Shown here piece by piece: positions 11,487-24,860 of a DNA stretch of 64,000 nt; position 1 is the first letter of the stretch; each line of letters starts with the position of its first letter. The stretch is from positions 111,290,001 to 111,354,000 of the forward strand of contig NC_135881.1 of assembly GCF_964194155.1 (NCBI RefSeq). The letters are read 5' to 3'. The notes below the pieces were generated by a model. That model was given only the letters and a program-made list of their open reading frames with translations, was not told the origin of the DNA and did no database searches. The translations under genes were made by a program, and so were the position numbers. The stretch is from Cetorhinus maximus. Lineage: Eukaryota.

Positions 11487-13719
11487 GCGCTGAATAATAC
11501 GCTCCAAAAACGAGATTGTTCCATGCCATACCAATGTATTATCGGGTCGCGTTCCTAATATCATTGTGTCAGTTCCGGATAATACGGCTGATGGGTAGGG
11601 CTAAAAATCGGGAGCAGACCATCGGCCTATTGAAAATATAGTTCAGGTGCCTTGACAGGTCAGGATGGAAATTGCAGTACGCTCCAGAGCTCAGAGTCAG
11701 GGTGATGGTGTGTACGTTGGTGCGCATACCCATGATTGCATTTGCAATACACTCAGTTTGTCCCTCCGAGACAGTTGCCAATCTGTCCATGGAGGAAGCT
11801 TGGCATTCTGAAGAGTGTGTGATCGTAGTGTGCATGACCTGGATGGGCACCTCCCCTGTCCTAGCCAGAGCACACAACCACTCTGGTATATCCGCCAAAT
11901 CTGCACACACCTTGCACTGGAGATCCAGCATCTGCCACCTCATGGACGACTCCAGCAGCTCACCATCAGGCTCGGAATCAGTCTCCGGATCACCTCGAAC
12001 ATTCCTCAGACTGCCTGAGGTCTACTCCAGCACTCTGTCCGGCAGCTGCACGTGCGACAGTGAAGTGCCTTCACTAGACTGTGCATGCCCTCGTCCTGAC
12101 TTGCAAATCCCTGCTGAGGTGCCAGTGTCTGTGCTGGTGCTTGGGACAGAGAGAGGATGTGACGCTGCATCCTCCAAAGGTTCTTCCTCATCTTCGGAGG
12201 GGAGTGGTGACCCGGCATTAGGTGAGGGTCAGCAGAAGAGGCCTCATCTGTGACAAAGAGACAGGATTAAGGGGGTTAGTGGTCATCACAAACCTTTCCA
12301 CAGCTGCGCAAATCCACAAAGCTCAACAACATTAGTCATATGCAACATGAGAGACAACACTATGCAGACACTGTGCACACTCGTAGCGACATCTATAGCT
12401 TCCGAGGATGAAGCTACCCTGGGTTTTAGCATTGGAAAGAGATTTTTGACTTTCATTCCATCAACGCCAAGCCTCCATCCACCTCCAAATTGCCCTCTCC
12501 CCCTTTTCTATTGGTTTCTGCCATTTGCCATCTCACCAGACCCATGCCTTCCTCTAATCTTGCCTCTGTCAGTTGACCTGGATGACTCAGAATCAAACAG
12601 CATCAAACCTCAAATGGAGTCAGCACAGTGAGGTTTGGCACACCCCTGCCAGTCTGGCTTTGCTTACGGGTATTGTGGGTATGCTTCTCCTGAAAATAGA
12701 TGTGACATTGCAATCACTAGCACTGTTAGTTTATTTGATGGCATGTCATCGATGCATTATTAGCGGAATGCTTGACAGCCTAGCTGCTGTGCACATTCCT
12801 CACCTGTACAGGCTGCCAAACCCCACTCTGCAACTGGACCAAAGCAATACGTGCCCACTGACATTGATGCCAACACCAGTGCCTTTGCTGCATCATGTTG
12901 CCTTGGTGCTCCAGCCAACCTCACATGCCTCCTGCGTTCATGATGCCACCCTGTAGCACACTGGCACAAGATAACACATACTGAGCACTTACTCACCCTG
13001 GCCACCCTTATGAGGTCCTTGAGCCTCTTCTAGCATTAAGACCACGTGCGCCTCACCAGCCCAATGCTGCTGACCTCAGCAGCTACCTCCTCCCAGGCTG
13101 CATATGTTTCGTACAGGTTTTTCCTCTATCCACTGGATGGTATGAGTTGATCCCATCAGTTAGAAACTGAATGGAGGAGGCATTTAAGGGAGTCATCATT
13201 AAATCTGCGGGCTGGTCCCCTGCCTCTCCCCTCGCTCCAATGACTCTGACATATCTGGAGGGAAACATGCAACAACTAGACAACCTCTCTTTGCTAAGAT
13301 CTGGAAAACTTGTTCACATTCAAAAAGAATGCCACCTCTGCTCATTGGCAAAATTTGGACAAATCAGATATTGCACAAATGCACACTTACCACCAGCAAA
13401 TTTCTCCCATTCCAAAAATCTGTAGAACTCTGCTGAGTGAAGACATTTGCTGGGTCCCTTGACAGCCCTGTGCAAGGGGGGCCTTTAAACTACTGTCGGT
13501 GATCTTGTTCCAGGTCATGGCCAATGACCTCGGAGGCCTGACATCCCGCCCTCCAACACTGGTTGGGTAGGATGCTCACCGCTTGTAGGCCTCAAACCTG
13601 TACTCCGTTCACAATTGGATCAATTTGCACTTCATGGGGCGCGTTTCAATGGCAGGCCCGGAGGTCAGAAGGCCACCCACTTCTGGGTGCAGGTCCCAGC
13701 CCTACGCATTATTCAGCCC
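11487..13719. mobile_element. Harbinger non-autonomous element retaining only a degenerate Myb gene (-)
   Basis: 15-bp TIRs GCGCTGAATAATACG / CGCATTATTCAGCCC (13/15 match); TSD AAA/AAG. Peptide AAWEEVAAEVSS...KRLKDLIRVAR at about 13000-13100. Confidence 0.8.
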
Positions 13720-16294
13720 AAGGTCTTACAAATAGTAATGATCAGAGCACCTGATTGTGTTGTTGCTAGTTATATTTTCAATACCGGTTGTGACAAGGAT
13801 AAGCTGAATTAGGCTGAATGGTATCCTTTCAGTTGAACCTATCTGCTGGTAAATCTATGAATAGCAAAACATCTGCAAAGGCTTATTTCAAATTTATCAC
13901 ATTAACTGTGCAAGTTAAGAAAAATTTATTGCAAATTTAGTGCAGAAATGTGGGAGGAATTTTATCAGAAAATTGGAAAGATATGATAAAACCAACGTAT
14001 TTAATGTCCAGCTGTTCTCTGTGTATAAACTGCTTTATAAAAAGCACACTGGAAGACTGGAAATCCATTTTGTGCTTCTTCTCCTAGTTCAATTCTCCCT
14101 AGTGACTCAAGTCATATAAAAATCTCATTATCCTGCCAGTTAAATTTATTAGGTGTTATATTAAGACTGTCTCAACATGAGCACATTCACTACAGATATT
14201 CTACTGAACACCAATTTATATAGACTAACATTTTCATGTATCCTAATTTCTTGACCCTTAGCTTCATTCTTCACACTCAAATACCCAGATATTAAATTAC
14301 ATGGATGGAGGAGGTGTCAGTTTTAGCAGGGTGACACCTTCATAAAGTTTGGCTTGACAGTGTGATAGAGAGAGCAAAGGGAGGTGGTATATTGAGTGAT
14401 GTGAGACTGGTCTCTTACGGTGCCTGAATGAGATGGAGGGAAAGAAACTCCACTCAAACAAAGCAGCAGGAGCAACTTGACAGGGAGTTCAAAAAGTCTC
14501 GCTTTCATAGTTTGAGATTGAGAACTAGCTAACTCACACTTTCCACCCTTCCTTTATTTCTTGAATTTAAATTTGGGACATGTTAAAGGCACTATATAAA
14601 TACAAGCTGTTGTTGGTGTTCTGCTTCCTGCGGAGATAGATTTTCATCAGAGCTGGCAGCCTTCTAGTACCTCAGGTTTGTGCCCAGATATGAATTGGAC
14701 AGCTTTGGGGAGAAATTGGTCTCCATCACTCCTGATATTTGGGTAAAATCCAGTGTTGATGGGGCCAATTTCAGAGGACGATCTCACGCATGCAATCTCC
14801 TCTGGAAATGTAACAGCCTGCTAAATTGGCAGGGAGCGACTTCTAAATATTAAGGGCGCTGACCTGAACAAGCACGAGACCCCTTGATTCTTCTGATCAG
14901 GTTCTGAATGACTATTGGAGGGTTTCACACCCAAATTTGGCATAAACTGGGCAGTGAATGGACTGTTCACACTATGCTTAGTTTTTCCATTTCTAAATTG
15001 GCATAACTGGTGCTCTTCCTGGCTCCTCAAGAATGCTAAGGACCAGTGCCAGCCCAGGCTCGCATCCTGTATGGGCGTTGTCACCACACACCACTCCTCA
15101 CAATTATCACCACACCAGGACTTTTACCTACATATAGGTTAGGTTGGCATTGGATTCCATTGAGTTTCCCAACTCTCCAACCAGTGAACAGCATTGGGAT
15201 GATCAATTGGAATCTGTTTGTTGATTTTATGGAAATGCAGCTCAAGTCCCAATTTCCAGCATGCCTTGGGCTTAAGTCAATGGGGCACAAAGACTATGAG
15301 GGTAATTTTACTGGAAGAGATGTATAGCTAGCCTGCAGCTCAATCAGTATTGCTTATTTTACACTGTCACCAAAAGTCAAATTTTTGCCTGTCTTTAGTG
15401 ATGGGTAAGAAATATAGCACCACACTTCAATAATGAAAAACAAAGGCGATCTTCTTCCAGTTTTCCCAAGATGCCAAAGAAGTCTGCAATGGGGTGGCTC
15501 ATGCTGATTTACTCAGAACTAGACAAACTAAAAAGCACGTAGGTTTACAAGTCCTTTACTGACCTATTTATGTAGAATGATTACTCAGTTGAATTATTGA
15601 CTCCAGATGATTAAACTGTGAAATAAAGCTGCAGTGTCTCTTGAATGTGAAATTAATTACTGGCAGAACTCAACACTGACCTTTTCCTTCCGCTTGGTAT
15701 TTGGTCAGGCCTTTGTTGAAGCACCTTGGGATGATTTGCTATATTAATAGTCCTGTATGAGTGTAAATGCTTGATACTGTAGCCTCTCCACACAAATGAA
15801 TGAACATTCTGTATATCAACAGCTTAAGCAAAGCCTTGTCCCCTGCTACCAGTCCCTCTAGCTACCCTTGTGGCTGCATATTAGTAAGAAGGTTATATAC
15901 GAGTCAGCATCACTTGATAGGGCTATTATCTACCACTCTCCTGATAATTGGGAGTATAGGCTAATAGAGTGGCAACTTACTGCATTAGATTTGATCTAAA
16001 CAGCTTGGCCTACTTCCTGTTTCATGATGCTCCCGTTCCATCAATGGCAGCTGTATTTTCAGCCATTACATCCCTGCCATCTGGAGCTCATTCATTCACT
16101 AACTCCCGTTGGTCATGAGCCTCCTTGCTTTCGATACCCTTCTGAAAACCTTTCTCTTTTCAACTATGCTTCCTCGCCTCCTAAGCTTTCTTCAACCTCT
16201 CTCCCTCCTGCTTAGTGTTCGCTTCTTCAGAATCATCTCTTTGTAAATGTGGCATGAAGACAGAAAGAAAGCCTAAGAATTTATATAGCACATT

Positions 16295-17212
16295 TCATAG
16301 AATCATGGAATGTTACAATACAGAAGGAGACCATTTAGCTGATCATGTCTGTGCCAGCCCTTTGAAAGACCGTCTAATTAGTCCCATTCCGCCTGCTCTT
16401 TCTCGATAGCTCTGCAATTTTCTTCCCTTCAAGCATTTATCAAGTTCCCTTCTGAAAGTTACTATTGAATCTGCTTCTACCATGATTTCAGGCAATGCAT
16501 TCCAGATCACGATAACTCACTGAACAAGAAAGAGCAACCCCAGCTTCTGCAAGTATTTCAAGTTTCTTCTCTGGCATATGCTGTCAAGAAGAAGAACTGA
16601 GTGGATACCAGATATTTCACCAGTGGAAGGAGGGAGTGAAGCCAGACTACAAGTCACTCAGCACTTCTCTGATGTACAACCTAGCAGACATCACAATGTT
16701 AATCAGGAGCTGACAGAAATACCTGAATTAGTGAATGATAGAATCATACACATTCTATAGCCTCTCCACATAAGAGAAGCCCTTTATCCCCAGTACCTTT
16801 CCATTAACATTTAGTTCCTAGCTCTTTCTGAATAATGTAACATTCCTCTTTCATTAAACAAAGTATAATGTCTCTATATATAAGGAAATGGTGGCATAGT
16901 GTTAATGTGACTGGACTAGTAATCTAGAAGTCTAGGCTGTCCTGTCACCTTCAATGACTTTAGCACATATACAAGGTCCCCCTGCTCCTCCACCCCCTTT
17001 AGAGTTGTACTGTTTGTATTATATTGTCTCTCCATGTTCTTCCTACCAAAATGAATCACTTCACATTTCTCTGCATTGAACTTCATCTGCCAATTGTCCA
17101 CCCATTCCACAAACTTGTCAATGTCCATTTGTAGTTCTAGAATTCCCTCCTCCACAGTTCACAATGCTTCCAAGTTTCATATAATCATATCAAATGTTGA
17201 AATTGTGCCCTG
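16295..17212 (-). mobile_element. CR1 LINE fragments (RT C-terminus and 3' UTR)
   Basis: LQMDIDKFVEWVDNWQMKFNAEKCEVIHFGRKN; CATAGAATCATGG tail. A SINE head fragment is interspersed near 16890. Confidence 0.8.
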
Positions 17213-17214
17213 TA

Positions 17215-18130
17215 TGTTATATAATGGTCTGACACATGAAGGGTTAATGTGGGACTAAGCACAGTCCCGCTCACACAGTGATGTAAGACACATGTGATGT
17301 AAGATGCATGATCCGCACCTAGGGGTCAGTGTACCATTGGACAGAACATTAGAGAAGCAAGCATGGAGCCAACTCCTAGCTTGGACCTTTACTGTACCCA
17401 TGTATGTAGTTTCCCGTAGTTAATAAATACTGTTGAGCTACCTAAGACTACGAACACCTTAACAAGACTTACCGAACTATGCCCAACAGCTTACAACATG
17501 GTGGCAACGAATAGAACTCTCCTCAGAGAATGCAGAAGAAAATTAAAATCCTGCAAAACTGAAGGAAAAAAATCAAAGAAGCATTCTGACCTGAAAAAAA
17601 GCTTAAGAAGTGAAGGCGCAGAAGGAAATCACCGAAGAAAAGCTTCAAAGAAGGGCTTGGAAGCTGAAGGCAGAAATTAAATTCCTCACTGCAGCAGAAT
17701 ACTCCACTGAATCCTGTGAAAGCCCAACTTCAATACTCAGAGTGTACAGAGTCAGCAGGCTCAGCAGGAGTGAACTAAAAATTTAAAGTTCCTGGACCAA
17801 CACAAACCCTGAAAAAAGTTACATACTGCAGTGGTCAGAAATTGCCATTTAAATTGTAGTCCAAGAAACCTGATTCCCGAGCTCACTCTGAACAAAGAGA
17901 AAAGAAAATTATTAAAAATTAATTACGACTGAGTAGGCAGCTTAAAAATCTAGCTAAAGATGGGATTTGACACTTCCAAGAACTGAGAAAATTGCGCTAA
18001 AGTGGGGAAGACTCTAACCAGTCAATCCAGACTGCCATTCTTGAAAAAGAATTTAATGCATGACAACTTCAGAGCTGAAAGAAAATTTCATGGGGTGACT
18101 CGTAGAAGACAAGGAATAGTGACTTCAAAC
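17215..18130 (+). mobile_element. Gypsy-like 5' LTR (17215-17498), PBS and truncated internal region
   Basis: TGTTATA...TACAACA termini, internal AATAAA, and PBS-like TGGTGGCAACG immediately after the LTR. Confidence 0.75.
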
Positions 18131-19269
18131 TAGGCTGGTGGCAACTGTCAGAGACTCGACCAATAAAGCCCAACATGCTACAATAAATGCCATACAACAA
18201 CTAGATGTGTGTCAAACCAGCTATAATCATGTTGAAGTGATGTTTCAGGTGCCCAGACAAATCTGGAGGCTCCCTTTAATTTACACCAGGCAGGTTCTCC
18301 AGAATCGTCATGGTTTGCTGGGCTTTGCACAATATTGCACAGCACTGAGGTTTGGACCCTCAGGAAGAACAAGGCAAAGAACTTAGGTCCTCTTTTGGTG
18401 ATCGGAGGGGAGGTGGAGGGGGAAGACAACAAGGAGGTGGAAGAAGATGAAAGAAATGCACCGCCAGCTGCTCACACTCTTGTTCAAGAAGACAGGGATG
18501 CCCTTATTAATGCAACGTTCACTTATGTTGCACCAGTAGACCATGTCACAAGCACCAACCCCTCTTGACACAAAATGACATCTCTTCCCATCCCGCCCTA
18601 ATGCAATTGAAACAAAGCAGCCCTGCAAACAACCAACCGATCCTTCAATGCCCCCGTCATTGGCCCCCAACAATTAATGTCTTCCCAGTCATCATGAATC
18701 AATTTAAAATGCAACTACTTGACCACCATGCAATAATAAATAAGACAGGAAAATGGTGCAAAAGAATAATATTTACGTGACCTAATTAAATAACAGAAAC
18801 TTAACAACACAATCTTTTCTCATATGACCTTGAATACCCCTACATGTAGCAACCCCTGTTGCTTCAGCTGAGGTAGAGGGGGATGGCTTGGATACCTGCT
18901 TTAACTGCTGGGATGCCCTTGACTGATATTCTCTGTTATGGGGCCCTCACCAATGAGTGCTCCACCTGTACCTGTGCAGCTATGTAGGGGCAAACTCAAC
19001 CATTGGTAGAGGAGGTAGCATGTGGGCTACTGTCTGAAAGGGGGATAGGTGGTGGGGGTAATAGGTGAGAAGTAGAAGCACTTTGACTGGAGTCCACACT
19101 TTCATGTTCCCTTTCACCATCATGCCTCTCCTGGCCCTGCCACATTAAATGCCAGTCTTTTTTGCAGTGCTGTAAGTCCCAGGCCTATTTGCCACCCTAT
19201 TAAGAAACCACCACCTATGTTGGTGTCCATAGTATCCATGGTCATTGTCAAGGTGTGAATATACTCTTT

Positions 19270-19952
19270 GGGCAGAATCTCCCGTTTGACGTATGGGGGC
19301 GGGGGCCCTGCACACTGATGTGTAAATTTATGCAAGGTGACATCGGACGTGTGTCCCGACGGCACTACGCATCATTCTGATCTTTCATTTGGCGGGCGTG
19401 CAGCCGACTCTGGTGCGCGCTGCTGAATTGTCAAAGGCCTGTTCAGGCCATTAATAAAACAATTAACCAATTTGACAGGGCTGCCCATCCAACCTTAAGG
19501 TTGGCGGGCAGGCGAAGAGCCCAGGCAGCCTTTGCATTTTTCATGAAACCTCATCCACGGGCAGGATGAGGTTTCATTAAGGGTTTATTAAATTAATAAA
19601 TATTTTTTATACATTTCATAAACATGTCCCAGCTCATGTGACACTGTCACATGAGGGGACATGTGTAAATTATTTTTAACTTTCTTTATTTTAAACTTTG
19701 AAACTGAACTTAATCTCCCTGAGGCAGCTCCATGTCTCAGGGAGATTTCTACGCTCTTTCGCGCACATGTGCAAAAGAGCACAGGCCCCAACACTCCCTC
19801 CTCCCTCCGCGCGTACAGGTAGCGCTGAGTGTTACTGGTGTACATCATACTGGGCGGGCCTTAATTGACCCGCCTACGTAAATGTCAATCGCGGGCGGCA
19901 ATCAGCTCCGCACCTGCCTGCGCCCGTTCCAAACCGAGAGAAAATTCTCCCC
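19270..19952. mobile_element. Harbinger MITE, hairpin-rich family
   Basis: TIRs GGGCAGAATCT / AAAATTCTCCCC; TSD TTT/ATT; CpG-rich; same family as 33780-34442. Confidence 0.85.
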
Positions 19953-21071
19953 ATTGAGTTGGAGTGTTTGATGTTCCATGGGAGTGGGATGTTCCACTTA
20001 TGAGTGGGAGAAGACATCATCTCAATGGTATGCGACATCAACCCACTCATGTTTCTGGTGGACTCCTCCATTCTCTGTGCAATCATGGTGAGTGAGATTA
20101 GGAGGCCTGTAGCACATTGCATATTATCAGCTGCTGCTCAAAAATTCTGCTTTCATCGAAAGTCCCCGGTATAGTATCTGCGTCCAGTGGGCTGCAGCTG
20201 ATGATGTGAATACTGCTGTCCCTTCCACCACAATCTGTTCTTGCTCACTTGTGAAGTGTGAGTCACCAGGTGAGAACCCACTTATCTGTCTATATGGTGC
20301 CATTGAAGTGTGTGTATCTGAACTGGTGCATAGTCTGCACGAGTTCTCTAATGATGCACCCTCAGAAGGAATCAGCTTCTCTCAGGAATCATAATCTGCG
20401 ACCTCAAACAATTCCTGTAGCACACATGAAGGCCCTATAGGCGACATGAATTAGCACAGGCAAAAGAAGAACGTTAAGGTTATCCCTATGAAGATGATCA
20501 TGTTTCACTCACTGTTGAAATCAAGTCAATGTGACTGAATGTTATAGGACACCTGGGTGGCTCCTATTGAATTATGTCGGCAGATAGCTGGGAGCTCCTG
20601 CTTTCCCAATCTCCAATGGGTGGGCATGTTGAGACTCCACTGATTTCCAGTGCCCCCTCCTCTGCAATTTCTAGCTGAGATATGCCTGGAGAGCCACTAT
20701 GGTTCTTTCTGTCTCCCTGTGCTCTTTTTTCCTGGAATAAGGAAAAGAATAGACATATGAGTGTGTGTAATGGCATGTATTCATCCAATGGGATGGAGTG
20801 CATTTGGTGATGGTGACTCTGAGGGTGAGGGCGAGGGTGAGTGAGAGTGGTCGAAAGGCAGGTGGGGATCTGAGGAAGCGCATAGAAAGAGAAGGATGGC
20901 TGGTATGCAAGTTAAATGAGTGTGAAGAGTGATGTGCTACAGTAGGCTTGACAAAGCAGAGTGAAGGGATGAGGTGATGTATCTGAATGTGCAAATACAC
21001 ACCTTTCCTGACCTTGGTCATTACATCACTTCCTGCACTGAATCCAGTAATGTGCGGCTCACTGCATCTGG

Positions 21072-21211
21072 CAGTTCTGGTTGAAGGGTCATGAGGACTC
21101 GAAACGTCAACTCTTTTCTTCTCCGCCGATGCTGCCAGGCCTGCTGAGTTTTTCCAGGTAATTCTGTTTTTGTTTTGGATTTCCAGCATCCGCAGTAGTT
21201 TTTTGTTTTTA
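21072..21211 (+). mobile_element. Short Penelope terminal-repeat insertion with a hammerhead-ribozyme-like motif
   Basis: 13-bp TSD TCACTGCATCTGG/TCACTGCATTTGG; motif AGTT-CTGGTTGA-A-GGGTC-ATGAG-GACTC-GAAAC-GTC-AACT. Confidence 0.75.
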
Positions 21212-21569
21212 TCACTGCATTTGGTGCTGACTTCCAGTGTCACTTCCAGCCACACTGTTCAGCAAGCATCTTCTTCCTACTACCCGGGATTGATACTTCC
21301 CTTAAATTCCTCAATGTCCCCAGCAGCACTCCCAGGAAGGTGTGATTAAAGCGGGGCACAGCCTTTGCGCACTCTGATTCCATGCTGTCAGTTCTTATTC
21401 TGTTGCTTCAACCTCCAACTCCATGCAAATTGCATCTTTGAATTGGTAGAGGAAAGAAGAAGAACATGTTAACAGCAGTAGAAGGATCTGTGGCCAGAGT
21501 ACACAAAGCGAAAGTAATTGGTAAAACGGCCAGAGGCAAGAGGAGGATTAAGATAAATTAAGATAAATA

Positions 21570-21792
21570 TTAGTTTTTCTGCAGTGAGTTGTTGTGACCT
21601 GGTATGCACTATGTGAAAGGATGGTGGAAGCAGTTTCAATAACTTGTAAAAGGGAATTGGATCAACACTTGAAGGGGAGATATTTCCAGGGAAATGATAA
21701 AAGGGTATGGGGATTTGACTAAAAGGCTATTAAAAAAAACAGCACAAGCAGCCAAAGGGCCTCCTTCTGAACTATATCATTGTATGATTCTA
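21570..21792 (+). mobile_element. CR1 LINE 3' end
   Basis: Ends TGTATGATTCTA; homologous to 24350-24605. Confidence 0.65.
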
Positions 21793-23779
21793 TAATTGCA
21801 GACAAAAAATTTACTTTCTAATAAATAATTGTCGTGTGCTAGACTCATAGGTAAAATAAGTCATTAACCAGACCCACCTCTGCCTAATTGAGAATGGGAG
21901 GAAGAGCAAGAAAACAAGTAAAGTAGTAAATGTAGAAACACAATCAAACATCCATAAAAACCAATGCTCTTTAACTTCTTCAGTTGGCAATCAAGGGTGG
22001 ATCCACTGGTCATTTATTTCGGTAGATATTCCAAAGAGAGACTACACTGCTGGTTTAACACTATTAAACCCTGAGGTGATTTGGGCTGTGTGGATTTGTA
22101 CATAACTTGCCTTCATTTCAGTTCCAAGTTGAATGTGGGGTCTGTGATAGCATTGGTAACTCAAGTGCCCAGAATGTTCCACAGCGTTGCCTTCTTGGTG
22201 GGTAGTTATGTGTATTTCCTGACTCCCTTTGTTCTCCTGCTGTCTTTTAAATCAGGAGAAGGATAAATATTAAGACCTTCCTGGGGGAAAGAGAAAAGTA
22301 TTGCTGTGATTTAATCAGCAGAAGCTAATGATTCTTCCAGATTTCACTGTGGACCTCCACCATCAGCAGTACTAAGCTCAATAAGGCACAGATGCTCTGC
22401 AAGTTCAACATGTTTAAGCTTTATCCCACAGAGCTAAGAATTAAGGCTCACAGAGAGATTGATAATTGTCATTTGGCCAAGGGAAGCCATGAATTTGTAG
22501 CAAAACCTCTAGAGAAAGAGCACATAAGAGCAGTCATGGGTGAGAATGTAACTATGCGAGGAATGCAATTTACTTGTACAAGAACCATGATAAGATCCAC
22601 TATCAGTTTGCTCTGAAAGATGTCTTAATTCAGTAAGGTTGATGTTTTGATATTGATTGACAATTTACAAATTTACTGAAAATCTGACGAAGATTGCAAA
22701 GTACTAATTAACATTGAGGCCTGGAGAATTCTTAATTTCAATATTTAAGTTATTAAGAATCAGTATCCATGGAGATCATGACCTTTGAGGGGAGTCTTTA
22801 ATTCTGAGACACAGCAAGCAAGATGGCATTCAAGTATGATATATCATTACTTATCTTTTGTATCTGGGCTATAATACTGCTCAAAACTGTGGAGACTATT
22901 TCATTAATAGACTAGATTATGGCTTCCAATCAAGTGATTGTCCCAGTTGGGAAAGTCATTTTAAATTAAAAAAAAAATAGATAAGGAATCCTGGGAACTA
23001 TTCCTGTAACTTGTTCTTTAATAAACTCCCAGCAAAAGCCATTGTTGTGTTAATTTGTGTCAATGAAAGGTAATATGGGAGAAGAGCAGAAAGTAGAGAT
23101 AAATGTTTTGAGCTTCTGCTTGATTGCCTTTCAACCATTTACGGACAGCTCTTGCTCAGGAACTTACCCGAGTACATGAAAGGGAAAATGGCACATGAGG
23201 AAGGAAATTCTCCTACATGCTCTCAGCTAACATTGGGTGTGATCACAACAGAGAGTTATGGAAAATTCAACCTCCAGTGTGGATACCCAATTGGAGTAGG
23301 TAACTTGTTGTGGGGGAGGGGGGGGGAGGGGGTTGTTGGGGTGGGGGGGTGGGAGGGTGGTGGGGTACATGATCCTGGGGAGGGTTTCCCTATTTATGAC
23401 TGAAAATAGCATTAGGGCCTTCATAACATGGACTGCACTGGTTAAGAAGGCAGCAATGCAATTAGGGATGGACAATAAATTCTGACCTAGCTAGCAATGT
23501 TCACACCTCATGACCGGATAAAAAAAAGCAATATCATAGGACCCTGATATACTTGGTCTAATAAGGCACCACCTATTTTTCATAGTGCCTGGACAAAGAT
23601 TATGGGTTTCCAAATAAAAAATAAATAAATCTGTGGATCATTGTAAATTGTGCAGCAGAGTCAGAGTGCAACAACTGGCTTTAGGTAAATTGGGCAAGTT
23701 GCCTCAAGATAGGAAAAATTTCTCTCAATGTAGATAGGTGTGCAGTTATACGCATAGGTGCGTGTAATTCAAGTATTGA

Positions 23780-24860
23780 GAATAAAATGGGTTGATGTGG
23801 GTTAAACGAAATAGAGACATGCAGTGGTCATTGATCGTTAAAGGTTTCAGAATGCTGTCATGTAGATGTCCATAGCCAAAGCAACTAGAGTTTTGTACTG
23901 TATTGTCTGAACTGTTCCTCATGAAAGTAGGATCAGAAATAATTAGGTCATATAAAGATTTGGTGAGATCTTAACTGGAGTATTCCTTACTATTTTTGCT
24001 CTCTTTACCTCAAGAAAGATATTTCAGCAGCAAAATTAGTCTCTGTTGCACTCAGAGACCAGCAGATGCCAATTTGGTGAGGGTATTAGCGCAGGTGTTA
24101 ATGTAGACTGGACGTATGCAAAATGGGAAGATTGTGGCATCAAATTATGCAATTTCCACCATACCACTCCAGCTAATGTCCTTTATCGAATACACACAGA
24201 TGTATATACATTGAACGGCAGGAAGAACGCATACCAGCACTATTTAAAGGGATCATCAACTACTTTCAGTTTAGTAGCTAATTTATTTCTACCGGCTCTG
24301 TCTATGTTTTAGAAGTCTGTGCATTATCTATTGCTGTTGGTGAAGACAACCTGAGGAAAAGCTTTTTGTCCAGCAAATGGTTAGGATCTGTAATGTACTG
24401 CCTGAAAGGGTAGTGGAGGCAGATTCAATCTAGTCTTTCAAAGTGGGATTGGATAAACACCTGAAGGGGGAAAAAAATCATGGCTATTTAAAAAGGCCAG
24501 GACAGCGGGATTAGTTAAATGGATCTTGCAGAGAGCTGACATGGGCTCAACTGGCTGAATGGCCTCCTTCCAGGCTTTAACCATTCTATAATGCTGTGAT
24601 TCTAAGTTGACAGGGAGCTGTACTGTATGTGGGGAAGGCCTTGGTTTTGACTGCAAGGCTTCTGGTTAGTCCACCTGCTCCTCACGTATGCTGTAGTTTC
24701 CACCCCCCTCAACCTGCAGCATGGAAGGGAGTTTGAGCAGCAGCAGCACAGAAGGAGACAAGCTGCTGGAAGATGGAGGAGGAGGAGAAGGGGTTTCAGC
24801 AGGGGCTTGATCCAACCCAAGTCCTCAAAGAGCATTTTTTTTTTTACCTCTGCTGTCACT
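23780..24860 (+). mobile_element. Interleaved CR1 fragments (about 23780-24030 and 24345-24605) and a Harbinger left arm with transposase N-terminus
   Basis: CR1 RT-end and tail similarity. The Arg-rich RRRRGFSRG...VLKEHF segment resembles the transposase N-termini at 44990 and 49290. Confidence 0.55.

Larger units (their letters stand above)
18140..21400. mobile_element. Old Harbinger element: transposase C-terminus (+) and convergent Myb gene (-)
   Basis: YNKCHTTTR...MLK*CFRCPDKSGGSL...RIVMVCWALHNIA at 18180-18350; VWLEVTLEVS...WIQCRK at 21000-21260. Confidence 0.75.

Noticed and set aside
20671-21255. 194-aa minus-strand ORF as a chimeric gene
   Set aside because: It is a chance read-through of a Myb remnant, the antisense Penelope insertion and intron sequence.
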